Virus record (IMG/VR): IMGVR_UViG_2974796443_000001
Location: 1 to 64,000 of that record
Direction: 5' to 3' (one strand)
Source of the DNA: a virus
Lineage: Duplodnaviria > Caudoviricetes
DNA length: 64,000 nucleotides
Below, one piece after another: positions 9,349-18,270 of the stretch (its first letter is position 1; each line of letters starts with the position of its first letter). The notes under the pieces are model-generated. The model was given only the letters and a program-made list of their open reading frames with translations. It was not told the origin of the DNA and searched no databases. The position numbers and the translations under genes are program-made.

Positions 9349-10401
9349 ATGAAAAAATTCGGATTTTTAATTTTGCTAATGGTGACTATGAGTGTTTCTG
9401 CTCAAGGTTTCAATAAGTGGGCTGTTGAGGGTGACTTCGGGATGCACTCTATTGGTGACGAGTCAGCTACTCTAAGGGATAATTACAACCACTTTGGGGG
9501 TACTCTTAGATATAACATCAATCCTAAGTTTGGTTTAGGTTTAAGCTACGGTAAGGATAACTTGTCTATGCTTAACTTTGATGGTGGTATTGCCAGTACT
9601 AATTACAATAGATACGACCTTGAGGCTTTCGTTGATATCTTTGATGTCCTTGACTTACAGAATAACTTTATAACAATTCTCGGTCACGGTGGTGGGGGTA
9701 TCTCTACGATAGATGCAATTGAAACAGATTACTACCAAAGCGTTTTTAATATGAGAGGTGGTTTAACTGCCTTATTCAAAATGTCTAGAACAGTTGCCTT
9801 GAAAGTAGATGCTTCAACAACAGTTAACATATCTCAGGATAGAACCCTAGATGGTTATCAAGACATCTCTAATGCCGGTATTAATTCAACTGTTGATAAT
9901 TTGTCTGCAGGACTTGTTTTCTACTTAGGTAAGAAAGGCAAAGATGGTAAGAAGAGGCAACATGCTGATTGGGTAAAGCCTACTGTACCTCAACCTATTA
10001 CAGAGACTATCTATCTTAAGTCTGACCCAATAGTTAATAACATAACTAAAGTGGTTAACGTATGTGCTTGTGCAGCTAGGGAGAATATCTTCTTCGATCA
10101 CGATAAAGCTATTGTGAAAGAAACTGAAGGTACCAAAAACGCCCTTGTTAAGATTTATACTTATCTTAAGGAGAACCCTGATTCTAAGGTTCTTATTAAT
10201 ACTTTCGCTTCGGCAACTAAGTCAACTGATGAATACAACTACGAGTTGTCTATCAAGAGAGCTAATGCAACTGAGGCTAAGTTAATTAACATGGGTATCC
10301 CGAAATCTCGTATTGAGAAAAAGGGTAATGGTAAGGACTTCAACTGGGGTGCTGAATCAGAACATCCTGAAGCTCGCCGTGCTGAGTTGATTATAAAATA
10401 A
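9349..10401 (+). CDS. OmpA-family outer membrane protein
   Basis: Signal peptide, beta-barrel strands, OmpA_C motifs IFFDHDK, YNYELSIKRA, ARRAEL. Confidence 0.9.
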   Translation: MKKFGFLILLMVTMSVSAQGFNKWAVEGDFGMHSIGDESATLRDNYNHFGGTLRYNINPKFGLGLSYGKDNLSMLNFDGGIASTNYNRYDLEAFVDIFDVLDLQNNFITILGHGGGGISTIDAIETDYYQSVFNMRGGLTALFKMSRTVALKVDASTTVNISQDRTLDGYQDISNAGINSTVDNLSAGLVFYLGKKGKDGKKRQHADWVKPTVPQPITETIYLKSDPIVNNITKVVNVCACAARENIFFDHDKAIVKETEGTKNALVKIYTYLKENPDSKVLINTFASATKSTDEYNYELSIKRANATEAKLINMGIPKSRIEKKGNGKDFNWGAESEHPEARRAELIIK

Positions 10402-10424
10402 GAAACAGATCAAACTATATACTG

Positions 10425-10458
10425 AAAGAGCTCTTCCTACTATTGGGAGAGCTCTTTT
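10425..10458 (+). terminator. intrinsic terminator
   Basis: AAAGAGCTCTTCC-loop-GGGAGAGCTCTTTT. Confidence 0.85.
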
Positions 10459-10494
10459 ATTTTTATATCTAAATTTTAAACCCAAAGTAATGTG

Positions 10495-10845
10495 ATGTTA
10501 AACTCCGCAGCTAAAATATTCGATTGGTTTAAGACTCAAACTGCTAGGAACCAAGTCTACTGTTTATTGCTTTTAATCATTTGTGGATTAGGAGCATATA
10601 TTTATTATGATGACCAAGCTGATCAGAAACAGATAGCTGCAGTAAGAGGTATTTACAAACAGTCGAGAAAGGCGGACTCTTTACTATTAAGGGAATTTAA
10701 TCTTAGAGAACAAGCTACCTTACAAGCCTTGCGGTTATGTAATGAATCTAGAGCTGAGGATAACTCCTCTTGCACTGAGGCACTTGAACGAGCCTATCGA
10801 TATACTAATGAAGCGTACAGAGACTTAAATAATGTAACTCCATGA
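10495..10845 (+). CDS. single-TM membrane protein with helical tail
   Basis: TM segment VYCLLLLIICGLGAYIYY. Confidence 0.65.
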   Translation: MLNSAAKIFDWFKTQTARNQVYCLLLLIICGLGAYIYYDDQADQKQIAAVRGIYKQSRKADSLLLREFNLREQATLQALRLCNESRAEDNSSCTEALERAYRYTNEAYRDLNNVTP

Positions 10846-11129
10846 GATTAATAAAAAACATATTACTATTTCTTATTTTCTTAGCCTTATTAACTATTGG
10901 CATTATTATTTACAATAGTGAGACTAATTCTAAGATACCTGTCGTAGAGTCTATCCAGCCTGACACTTCTGAGATGGACAGTATCCGAGAAGAGATTATA
11001 TACCAAGAAGAGGTTAAGTCTCGTCAACGAGTTATTCGGCATAAGAATGATTCTATTAAGATTCTTATTAATAGAAATCTTGAATATAATTATTCCAAAG
11101 CTAAATCATTAAAAGATACCATTAACTAA
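10842..11129 (+). CDS. membrane-anchored protein
   Basis: N-terminal TM, coiled-coil-like tail. Confidence 0.65.
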   Translation: MRLIKNILLFLIFLALLTIGIIIYNSETNSKIPVVESIQPDTSEMDSIREEIIYQEEVKSRQRVIRHKNDSIKILINRNLEYNYSKAKSLKDTIN

Positions 11130-11332
11130 TGAAACCTAAATTTGTATTTTCACTTCTTATATTATTAGTAGTTGCTGTAATAGGATTATTTACCTTGCTT
11201 GAATTCTCAGGTAAGAATACTTCATTTACCCCGACAACTTCTCCTCCAGTAGACCCTACAGTCCCTGAAGTTATTTTTGAGCATCCTGCGGTTCTAGATT
11301 CTATTCATCTTGACGAAGACTTAAATCCTTAA
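11129..11332 (+). CDS. small membrane-anchored protein
   Basis: N-terminal TM, Pro/Thr-rich tail. Confidence 0.6.
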   Translation: MKPKFVFSLLILLVVAVIGLFTLLEFSGKNTSFTPTTSPPVDPTVPEVIFEHPAVLDSIHLDEDLNP

Positions 11333-11334
11333 AT

Positions 11335-11706
11335 ATGAATTTACTACTAAAGAAATATTTAGAGGATAAGCGAATTGAATTCTCACCTGAGGGTACTGTT
11401 ACTCTAACTGAAGAGGGCTTGGATTCACTAGTAGCAGGGTTCACTTCATTAGAAAGATTAAATAGACATGCATTCTTTGGTATGGCTCACATAGAATTAA
11501 TTGATCTAACTAAAGTAGATACCCCTAAAGCTATGGCTAAGTTTGTCCGTGAGGTTGAAATGAAGCTATCGATAGATTGGGAAATAGTAGATAGAGAGAA
11601 AGAGATATTTCTATCTAATGTGAAATCAGTCGGAAATATCTATACTTGGAGGAATCTCCTTATCCTTGATTACAACGGTTACATAGGAATAGAACAAGCT
11701 CGGTAG
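11335..11706 (+). CDS. hypothetical protein
   Basis: 123-aa ORF. Confidence 0.65.
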   Translation: MNLLLKKYLEDKRIEFSPEGTVTLTEEGLDSLVAGFTSLERLNRHAFFGMAHIELIDLTKVDTPKAMAKFVREVEMKLSIDWEIVDREKEIFLSNVKSVGNIYTWRNLLILDYNGYIGIEQAR

Positions 11707-11707
11707 A

Positions 11708-11820
11708 GCCCGTTTAAGCGTTTAGAGTCTTTCTTTGGCAAGGTTGTTAAGCCGAGTACGTGCGAAGCGGTAAAACGCTTGTAAACAACCTTAAACAAAG
11801 TATTTAACCCTTTAAACGAA
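11708..11820. repeat. dispersed element, degenerate copy
   Basis: Phased GTTTA left arm and TAAAC right arm; core degenerate (TTTGGCAAGG). Confidence 0.45.
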
Positions 11821-11827
11821 AACCAAA

Positions 11828-12118
11828 ATGTGTATTAACTGTAATGTTGCTTACCACGGAGGAGATATGGCTTCTCGGATGGGTGTCTGTCTTACTACTA
11901 ATCTTCCAGTCGCTCACTTTGTAGCAGAGTCTTCTATAATCAAAAAAGCTTCTGAAGTCTTAGGTCTTACTGAAGAGACAGCTACCTTATTAGCTTGGGA
12001 CTTATTTAACTACAAGAACAAAGAATTTAAATCTCGAGGAGATATCTATTTCTGTGAGGATCACTTTGCGGGTGATCTGAGACAATTCTTTGAATCTTGC
12101 AAAAATACCTTAGTATGA
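11828..12118 (+). CDS. hypothetical Cys/His-containing protein
   Basis: CINC at N-terminus, CEDH near C-terminus. Confidence 0.6.
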   Translation: MCINCNVAYHGGDMASRMGVCLTTNLPVAHFVAESSIIKKASEVLGLTEETATLLAWDLFNYKNKEFKSRGDIYFCEDHFAGDLRQFFESCKNTLV

Positions 12119-12351
12119 AAAAATATTGGTACCTTCACTTAGATCAGAATCTTAACTACCATGCCCTTAGCTCAGAAGGAGAAACTGTTCCATTAGGAAC
12201 TGAGGTTAAATCTGCTCATGAGATTTTACAAGTAATAAGAAAGAGAGAGACGTCTAGATACCGAATTAAGAAAGTCTTACTAATAGCTACTTTGGTTTTA
12301 TTATTAAGTTCTCTTGGGTATCAAATCTTCTATCATATCTTCCTTAAGTAA
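12115..12351 (+). CDS. small protein with C-terminal TM
   Basis: ATG 12115; hydrophobic C-terminus. Confidence 0.6.
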   Translation: MKKYWYLHLDQNLNYHALSSEGETVPLGTEVKSAHEILQVIRKRETSRYRIKKVLLIATLVLLLSSLGYQIFYHIFLK

Positions 12352-12360
12352 CCTATACAG

Positions 12361-12375
12361 TTTTAAATTAAATTT
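12361..12375 (+). promoter_or_regulatory. putative late promoter motif
   Basis: TTTTAAATTAAATTT; the motif also heads structural operons. Confidence 0.5.
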
Positions 12376-12382
12376 ACCTTAA

Positions 12383-13129
12383 ATGGATTATAAGTACAAA
12401 ACCGCTGTCGGTATAGTCATAAATGACGACAACGAAATATTACTAGGAAGATGTGTAACTGAAGATGACCGTAATGGTATGTTATGTTTCCCTGGAGGTG
12501 GAATAGATAAGGGTGAGGATATATTCTCAGCTGCTATTCGAGAAGTTCAAGAAGAGACAAATATTTCCTGTCATGTTGACAAGATGGTGTTTGTCACTCA
12601 TAGTTCAAGACCTACGGTTGCTTTTGTAATGTTGAAACCTGAGGTTGGTTTCATGGACCCTAAGTTCAATGATGAATACGACCAGTCAAATCCAGGTGGA
12701 TGGTTTCCTCTTGATAATCTCCCAACTGCTGAAGTATTGAATAATAACTTAGATATTCTAAGGAACTTCAAACTAGTAACAGGTAAAGTTGAATATGCAA
12801 AAGATAATATAAACGAATCAAGTAATATGAAATCTGAAGATATAAAAAGTTTGATAGAGAGTTCTGACTCAGCTGAGGACATAGTTGAAGCTATTACTGA
12901 AGCTGCTAAGGGAATAAACACTGCCTATATAGTGGTCAATAAAGACGAGACTTTAGTTGCTAATGGACCTAAGGATACGACTAAATTGAAAAAAGGTCTT
13001 CTTCTAGACCCGTTTGTTATCGATTCCAAGGTTGGGGCTGACACTAGTATTAAAGCTTGGAAGTTAGATTCTAATGAATGGAAAGTGAAAGCAGTGAATT
13101 ATAAATTTGGATTATCTCAACGATACTAA
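12383..13129 (+). CDS. Nudix hydrolase fused to tagged C-terminal domain
   Basis: Nudix box GGGIDKGEDIFSAAIREVQEET; internal KSLIES...ITE tag from ATG 12827. Confidence 0.85.
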   Translation: MDYKYKTAVGIVINDDNEILLGRCVTEDDRNGMLCFPGGGIDKGEDIFSAAIREVQEETNISCHVDKMVFVTHSSRPTVAFVMLKPEVGFMDPKFNDEYDQSNPGGWFPLDNLPTAEVLNNNLDILRNFKLVTGKVEYAKDNINESSNMKSEDIKSLIESSDSAEDIVEAITEAAKGINTAYIVVNKDETLVANGPKDTTKLKKGLLLDPFVIDSKVGADTSIKAWKLDSNEWKVKAVNYKFGLSQRY

Positions 13130-13130
13130 T

Positions 13131-13565
13131 ATGAAAACAGGAAAAATTAAAACTCTTATTGAGTCCACGAAAGACGCTCCTGAAATACTAAAGGCTTTAA
13201 CTGAGTACGTTAAAGTTAAAGATGAGTTGACGAACAGTAAATTATATTTAGGTAATTCTCGAGAAGCAACTACATTCCTTAGACCTTACCTTAACTGGGC
13301 TCTAGTTGAACCTACAGAAGAACAAGACGATTCTTACTGGGATGAAGGAGTCCCAAGTAAATATAGCTCTAAGCTTAAAGGCACCGACTTTTTAGTTGGT
13401 CAAGGAGATAAAGGTGGAGGTTATCTTGCAGGCTCAACTGGAAAACTTAAGGGTATCGACTTTATTATAATGGGTTATGGTGATGGAGGACAAAGTGCTC
13501 TTTCATTCTTATATGTTAAACCTGGAAATGAAGCCAAGATGCTTAATGCTCTAGGAATAAAATAA
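13131..13565 (+). CDS. tagged putative internal head protein
   Basis: MKTGKIKTLIESTKDAPEILKALTE leader. Confidence 0.65.
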   Translation: MKTGKIKTLIESTKDAPEILKALTEYVKVKDELTNSKLYLGNSREATTFLRPYLNWALVEPTEEQDDSYWDEGVPSKYSSKLKGTDFLVGQGDKGGGYLAGSTGKLKGIDFIIMGYGDGGQSALSFLYVKPGNEAKMLNALGIK

Positions 13566-13570
13566 ATCTT

Positions 13571-14368
13571 ATGAATTTAAAAACGCTGGTCGAAACTGAT
13601 AAATCAGTCGACGATATTTTAGTAGACATCTTTGATTTCAATATCTTAGATGTCGATAGCGTATATAATTCTCTCTATCTTCAGCCTACCCTGAATCCTA
13701 GTATATGGGACGGTCTTTCAATGAGACCTGAAGTTAGGAAAAGATTACTAGCGATTGCTTATGATTTCTTTAATAGTCTTGGTTTGAATAAGCCTGATAC
13801 ACTGAAAGACATAACTCTTACAGGAAGTTCCTCTAACTACAACTGGTCAAGTTTCTCTGACATAGATTTACATCTACGCTTAGACTTTTCCCAAATCTCA
13901 GATGATACTGATTTTGTTAAAGAACTATTCCTAGGAAAGAAGACCATTTGGAATGCTGAACATAATATAAAGATATTTGACATACCTGTTGAAGTCTATA
14001 TTGAGAATATAGGAGACACTCACATTGCCTCAGGATTATTCTCAGTTCTAAATAACTCTTGGATAGTAACTCCAGTAAGGACTCAACTATCAGTCGATAA
14101 AGACGATGTCATCTCCAAGGTAGAGGGCTTCACCAGTCAGTTACCGTATCTTATTGAATTGTTCAACTCAGGTAGTTACCCCCGACTGATCGAGACGATA
14201 ACTAAGATAAAGGATAAGATAGCAACTCTTCGTCAGTCAGGCTTAATCAAAACAGGTGAATTCGGAGTAGAAAATCTTACCTTCAAAATACTTCGCCGAG
14301 GAAACTTCATATCCTCACTTAATGATCTTAGTACACGGGCGTTTGACCTGATGATGGGATTAGACTAA
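13571..14368 (+). CDS. Pol-beta superfamily nucleotidyltransferase with N-terminal tag
   Basis: TGSSSNYNWSSFSDIDLH and PVEVY motifs; leader MNLKTLVET. Confidence 0.8.
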   Translation: MNLKTLVETDKSVDDILVDIFDFNILDVDSVYNSLYLQPTLNPSIWDGLSMRPEVRKRLLAIAYDFFNSLGLNKPDTLKDITLTGSSSNYNWSSFSDIDLHLRLDFSQISDDTDFVKELFLGKKTIWNAEHNIKIFDIPVEVYIENIGDTHIASGLFSVLNNSWIVTPVRTQLSVDKDDVISKVEGFTSQLPYLIELFNSGSYPRLIETITKIKDKIATLRQSGLIKTGEFGVENLTFKILRRGNFISSLNDLSTRAFDLMMGLD

Positions 14369-14412
14369 GTCTTTCCTCCTACCTTTCCTCTTTTATTCAA
14401 AATTAACCCCTT

Positions 14413-14898
14413 ATGAAATTACGTCAAGAAGAAATTAAGCTGGATGAAGTATCTGCGATCTTTGAGAATTTCCTTAAAGAGATTAAGCAAGAGCGAGTTA
14501 GAGTTTCCATCAAACGAGTTGATGATCTAGAGAATAGCTCAGTTCGAGTCTTTATCCCTTACTCTGCGGGTAAAATAAATTTGGACTTCAGAGTAACTAA
14601 AGCTATGGATGTTTGTTATATCTATTTCAGCTTTATTCCTAGAACTAATGGTATTAAGTATACTAGCTCATTCGGAATGTTTCAAGATTTCGATGATCTG
14701 GAGTCTGCCTTATTCAATAAGTCAGTCAACATCTTACAGGAACTTAAAAAGCCTGAATCAACAGTTGATGACTATATCTCTAATAAAGTAGCCAAACGCT
14801 TTCTCCAAGATAATACTGAGATAACTAAAGTTGAAGACTCTACTTCAAAATTACTTAAGATACCTAAATGGGTAAGAACAATATTTTCAGCCGAGTAA
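14413..14898 (+). CDS. hypothetical protein
   Basis: 161-aa ORF. Confidence 0.65.
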   Translation: MKLRQEEIKLDEVSAIFENFLKEIKQERVRVSIKRVDDLENSSVRVFIPYSAGKINLDFRVTKAMDVCYIYFSFIPRTNGIKYTSSFGMFQDFDDLESALFNKSVNILQELKKPESTVDDYISNKVAKRFLQDNTEITKVEDSTSKLLKIPKWVRTIFSAE

Positions 14899-14979
14899 CT
14901 TGAGTGAATAGTTTTATAAATGAAATCCTTGTTGGTTAGGGTTTGTTGGTTTATGATTGAAAATTGGAACATTTCAGAT

Positions 14980-15014
14980 AACTCCTCTTAGTTTAGACTA
15001 GGGGGAGTTTATTT
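14980..15014 (+). terminator. probable terminator hairpin
   Basis: AACTCCTCTTAGT-TTAG-ACTAGGGGGAGTT followed by T-rich run. Confidence 0.6.
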
Positions 15015-15093
15015 CGTTTAAACGGTCTTTTCAAACTGTTAAACGTTTATTTACTTAATTACTTTGTTTTCTCGGTAAAAAGCCCGAAATTTG
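15014..15093 (+). promoter_or_regulatory. early promoter P3
   Basis: TTTG(15063)-N19-GAAATTTG(15086); degenerate upstream repeats. Confidence 0.75.
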
Positions 15094-15137
15094 TTTCGTT
15101 GTGCCGAAGTCGGCTTAACTTCAAATAAATCCCTGAT

Positions 15138-15446
15138 ATGAAAACTATTAAAGCCCGTATTTTAGAATTAACCCTTGAATCTTGTTCTGCTCACTTAAAA
15201 CGGTTGAAAGAGATAAACGCTCCTGAAATCCTAATCGAGGGCTCGACTCTATACTTAGCTGAGCTTGAGCGAGGTGAGATAGAAATTGGGGGATCGGTTG
15301 AGCTTCTTAATGAGGAGTACGTTTCCCATGAAAAGTTAAAAGGTAATGGGGGTAAGAGATTTATCTGTTTCAACGGCACTGTTAATTACTTCCCTAAGGC
15401 TAAGTTCGGTAAATATATCACTCCAGTAACTAAAATTAATTCTTAA
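15138..15446 (+). CDS. hypothetical early protein
   Basis: First ORF after P3. Confidence 0.7.
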   Translation: MKTIKARILELTLESCSAHLKRLKEINAPEILIEGSTLYLAELERGEIEIGGSVELLNEEYVSHEKLKGNGGKRFICFNGTVNYFPKAKFGKYITPVTKINS

Positions 15447-15458
15447 ATAAACTAAAGT

Positions 15459-15977
15459 ATGATCACTACCACACACACCACTAGAAACCGAGTCACTAAA
15501 TCTGACCGACATACGTTAAGGCTAGCTAAGCTTAAAGAACTGGTCAAAAGTAAAATTGACGTGCAAGTCTATTCTGAGTTAAAGGCTTCTCTTGATCTAG
15601 CTTATAAGAATCTTGTTGAGAAGACTAAAATGGGTAACTCACACTTAGATAGATACACTGCTTTTGAAAATTATTGTTATTACTTAACTAAGGTAGATAA
15701 TCAAATTAGATTTCACGGTGGTCTTACAGGAATTAAAGCTTTACCTGAACCTATTGAGAGATGTATAATTAATCTTAAAGGTCAAGTAAATGAAACTTAC
15801 TACAGAAATGTTAGGGATTTTATCCTTGAACTATTTGAAATGGATACCCCTGAAGATATTTACTTACTTAAGAAATCTGCAGGAGAACAAGCAATTAAAT
15901 CTTGCCATGGTCAACTTAATAAAGAAAACCTTGGGGCGTCTAGATACGAAGGATTAATCGAACTTGTAACTAATTAA
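15459..15977 (+). CDS. hypothetical protein
   Basis: 172-aa ORF. Confidence 0.7.
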   Translation: MITTTHTTRNRVTKSDRHTLRLAKLKELVKSKIDVQVYSELKASLDLAYKNLVEKTKMGNSHLDRYTAFENYCYYLTKVDNQIRFHGGLTGIKALPEPIERCIINLKGQVNETYYRNVRDFILELFEMDTPEDIYLLKKSAGEQAIKSCHGQLNKENLGASRYEGLIELVTN

Positions 15978-15978
15978 T

Positions 15979-16500
15979 ATGAAAGAGAAACTTGAATACT
16001 TTAGATTACCACTAGCCTTAGCTACTTCGGTCGCACTTCTAATATATGGGATTACTGAAAACGGGGTTTCCTTTATTCTAGGTTTTATATCTATATTTGT
16101 GATAGGTATAATTATTAAAGAAATCTGGAGAGTTCTTAATGGTAGGATTGAGGATGTTATTGAGGGATTGAAAACTTACTATGATGACGAAGAATACTTG
16201 GATGATGTTCCCCCTATTAATTTACCTCTCCCTAAGGTTCCTACAATCACTCCTGACTTAAGTGATCATAAATATAGATTCTACATTAATAGTCACCAGT
16301 TTGCAATAAGAGATGAAATCATTCAAGGCAAAACATTAATAGCTACTTTCGGATATCGGTCTCCTAACTACAGACTATTTGTAGTTCATGATTCTAAAGA
16401 AGTCGAGATAACTGACGAAGACTGGATTCCTCTAAGTAGCGACCCGTCTGAAAATAAATTTTTACTAATAGATACTAATTATGAAAGCAAGTCCAACTAA
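15979..16500 (+). CDS. two-TM protein with possible C-terminal multi-ubiquitin-like domain
   Basis: YRFYINS..F...IIQG..L.....YRLF....EVEI..ED.I.L....ENKF pattern. Confidence 0.5.
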   Translation: MKEKLEYFRLPLALATSVALLIYGITENGVSFILGFISIFVIGIIIKEIWRVLNGRIEDVIEGLKTYYDDEEYLDDVPPINLPLPKVPTITPDLSDHKYRFYINSHQFAIRDEIIQGKTLIATFGYRSPNYRLFVVHDSKEVEITDEDWIPLSSDPSENKFLLIDTNYESKSN

Positions 16501-16636
16501 AGCAGTAGAGAATTTTGAGTCAATGTTAGACTCCACTGTATTATCAGAGTCTGAGAAAGAACGTTTAAGTTCTCAGCTTGAGAATACAATTAATGAGTTT
16601 ACCTTAGGGATTGCATCCGAGGTTTCTAGAGGTTAA
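16481..16636 (+). CDS. small hypothetical protein (51 aa, absent from ORF track)
   Basis: Hand translation MKASPTKAVENFESML...; fills the gap. Confidence 0.5.
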   Translation: MKASPTKAVENFESMLDSTVLSESEKERLSSQLENTINEFTLGIASEVSRG

Positions 16637-16640
16637 TAAC

Positions 16641-16712
16641 CCCTGTTTGGGGCAAACCCCCGAAAGTTTATTAAACATTCCTTAAAACGTCGCTAAACGC
16701 TCTAAAACAGCC
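16641..16712. repeat. dispersed intergenic element
   Basis: TTTGGGGCAAA (16646) plus AACATTCCTTAAAAC arm with TAAA every ~10 nt. Confidence 0.8.
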
Positions 16713-16740
16713 GATAGCGTCTCCTCTTTAAGCCCAAGAC

Positions 16741-16755
16741 TTTTAAACTAAATTT
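16741..16755 (+). promoter_or_regulatory. putative late promoter motif
   Basis: TTTTAAACTAAATTT, identical to 48459-48473. Confidence 0.55.
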
Positions 16756-16761
16756 GAACTG

Positions 16762-17271
16762 ATGAATCTAAAGTCACTTGTTGAATCTAATAAACCTATA
16801 TCCTCTATTATGGAAAGGGTCTATTATAGAATGCCCCCTCAGTATAAAGACAAGCCTGAGAACATGTATGACATAAAACCTGGAGGGTATTTGTACTTTG
16901 CAGACGATTCAGATAAAGACTTTAAATTTGAGGAGTACTTGATTATCCAATTATTCACTGACGAGAGAACTGACTATGTTATTATCTACGATGAGGATGA
17001 GGATAGAATTAAGTGTGTTACGTCAGATAACTACTACGAACATGGGATAGGGTATGCTGAGTCCTCTGAAAAGAATTTAGCTCTAGCTAGCCAAATTTGG
17101 AAAGACAATGCTTCTACTATTAACTTACTTAGAAGACACCCTAGCGCTTTTGCTTATGAGCGTGACTCTAGACCAGATAATTATGAATCTGAGATAGTCC
17201 TCGGAGTTGAGGATAGGGTGAATGATTTTGTAAACAAGTTAAAAATGGCTAAAGCAGCAGGTGTCTTATGA
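16762..17271 (+). CDS. tagged putative internal head protein
   Basis: MNLKSLVESNKPISSIME leader. Confidence 0.65.
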   Translation: MNLKSLVESNKPISSIMERVYYRMPPQYKDKPENMYDIKPGGYLYFADDSDKDFKFEEYLIIQLFTDERTDYVIIYDEDEDRIKCVTSDNYYEHGIGYAESSEKNLALASQIWKDNASTINLLRRHPSAFAYERDSRPDNYESEIVLGVEDRVNDFVNKLKMAKAAGVL

Positions 17272-17669
17272 AAGACTACTCTTCAATAAGTAATGCAGAG
17301 CCAAGAGAATGGAAAGATACCTTTGGACCTAAGGTATTTTCTATGTTAAAACAAATGTGGTCTACCGAACTTAAATTAATGTCTGATGAACAAGCGTCAG
17401 ACGAAATTGTAAACAGAATGAATAAATACACGAATACTCCGAGTAATTTGAAAAATTTAATCGAGTCTGACGCTTCAGAAGATGAAGTAGTTAAAGCGGT
17501 TACTGAGAAAGGTGGTGGGGGTAGAATTGACCCAATGAACATCACTGATGAAAACGAACTTATTAAAGCAGTTCAGAACTTAGCTAAGAAGTCAAAAACT
17601 TTCGCTTCTAAGTTCATGAAAGCAATGGAGCCTTACGGTAAAGCTGCTGGACAAGCTATTAGAAAATAG
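17268..17669 (+). CDS. protein with internal tag
   Basis: NLKNLIESDASEDEVVKAVTE. Confidence 0.65.
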   Translation: MKDYSSISNAEPREWKDTFGPKVFSMLKQMWSTELKLMSDEQASDEIVNRMNKYTNTPSNLKNLIESDASEDEVVKAVTEKGGGGRIDPMNITDENELIKAVQNLAKKSKTFASKFMKAMEPYGKAAGQAIRK

Positions 17670-17675
17670 GAACCT

Positions 17676-17918
17676 ATGAAGCCAGAAGAAATTAAATCTC
17701 TAGTAGAGTCTGAGAACTCAGTTTCTACCATAGCCAGTAAGGTAATTAACCCTATCTCTGAATCAGCGATTAGTATTGACGATGAAGTTAAAGTTGTCGG
17801 TCCAGTAGAGGGCAAAGGTAAGAAAGGGATTGTTTTAGAAGTTATGGGGAGCTTTATTGTAGTTCAGATTAAAGGCAAGAAACATTCTTATCATGAAACA
17901 GATTTAAAAATACTATAA
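17676..17918 (+). CDS. tagged small KOW/SH3-like protein
   Basis: MKPEEIKSLVES leader; IDDEVKVVG..GKKGIVLEV. Confidence 0.65.
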   Translation: MKPEEIKSLVESENSVSTIASKVINPISESAISIDDEVKVVGPVEGKGKKGIVLEVMGSFIVVQIKGKKHSYHETDLKIL

Positions 17919-17920
17919 TT

Positions 17921-18193
17921 ATGAAGACAACTGAACTAAAATCTTTAATTGAGTCTGAGAGCTCAGTCGAATCAATAACTGAGATGATGTTAGGTATGAC
18001 GGGTGGAGAATCTAACTTCACTGAAGCCAAGGAAAGCTACCTTAATAAATACGGTGAGAAAGTTAGTGATGTATCCTCGGCTGCCATTCTAGAAAAACCA
18101 GAAGCAGAAAAACTTGCTAAGTCCTATAAGGGGAAGACTACTATAGTACCTGAGAAAAACGGTAAAAACTATTTAGTCTTGGTTTCTAGTTAG
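17921..18193 (+). CDS. tagged small protein
   Basis: MKTTELKSLIESESSVESITE leader. Confidence 0.65.
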   Translation: MKTTELKSLIESESSVESITEMMLGMTGGESNFTEAKESYLNKYGEKVSDVSSAAILEKPEAEKLAKSYKGKTTIVPEKNGKNYLVLVSS

Positions 18194-18219
18194 ACTTTAA
18201 AACATATAAATATTCTTTT

Positions 18220-18251
18220 GAAAGGCTGTTAAGTTAAATTAACGGTCTTTC
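18220..18251 (+). terminator. terminator hairpin
   Basis: GAAAGGCTGTTAA-loop-TTAACGGTCTTTC. Confidence 0.65.
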
Positions 18252-18270
18252 ATTATCTTAAAACAATCCT

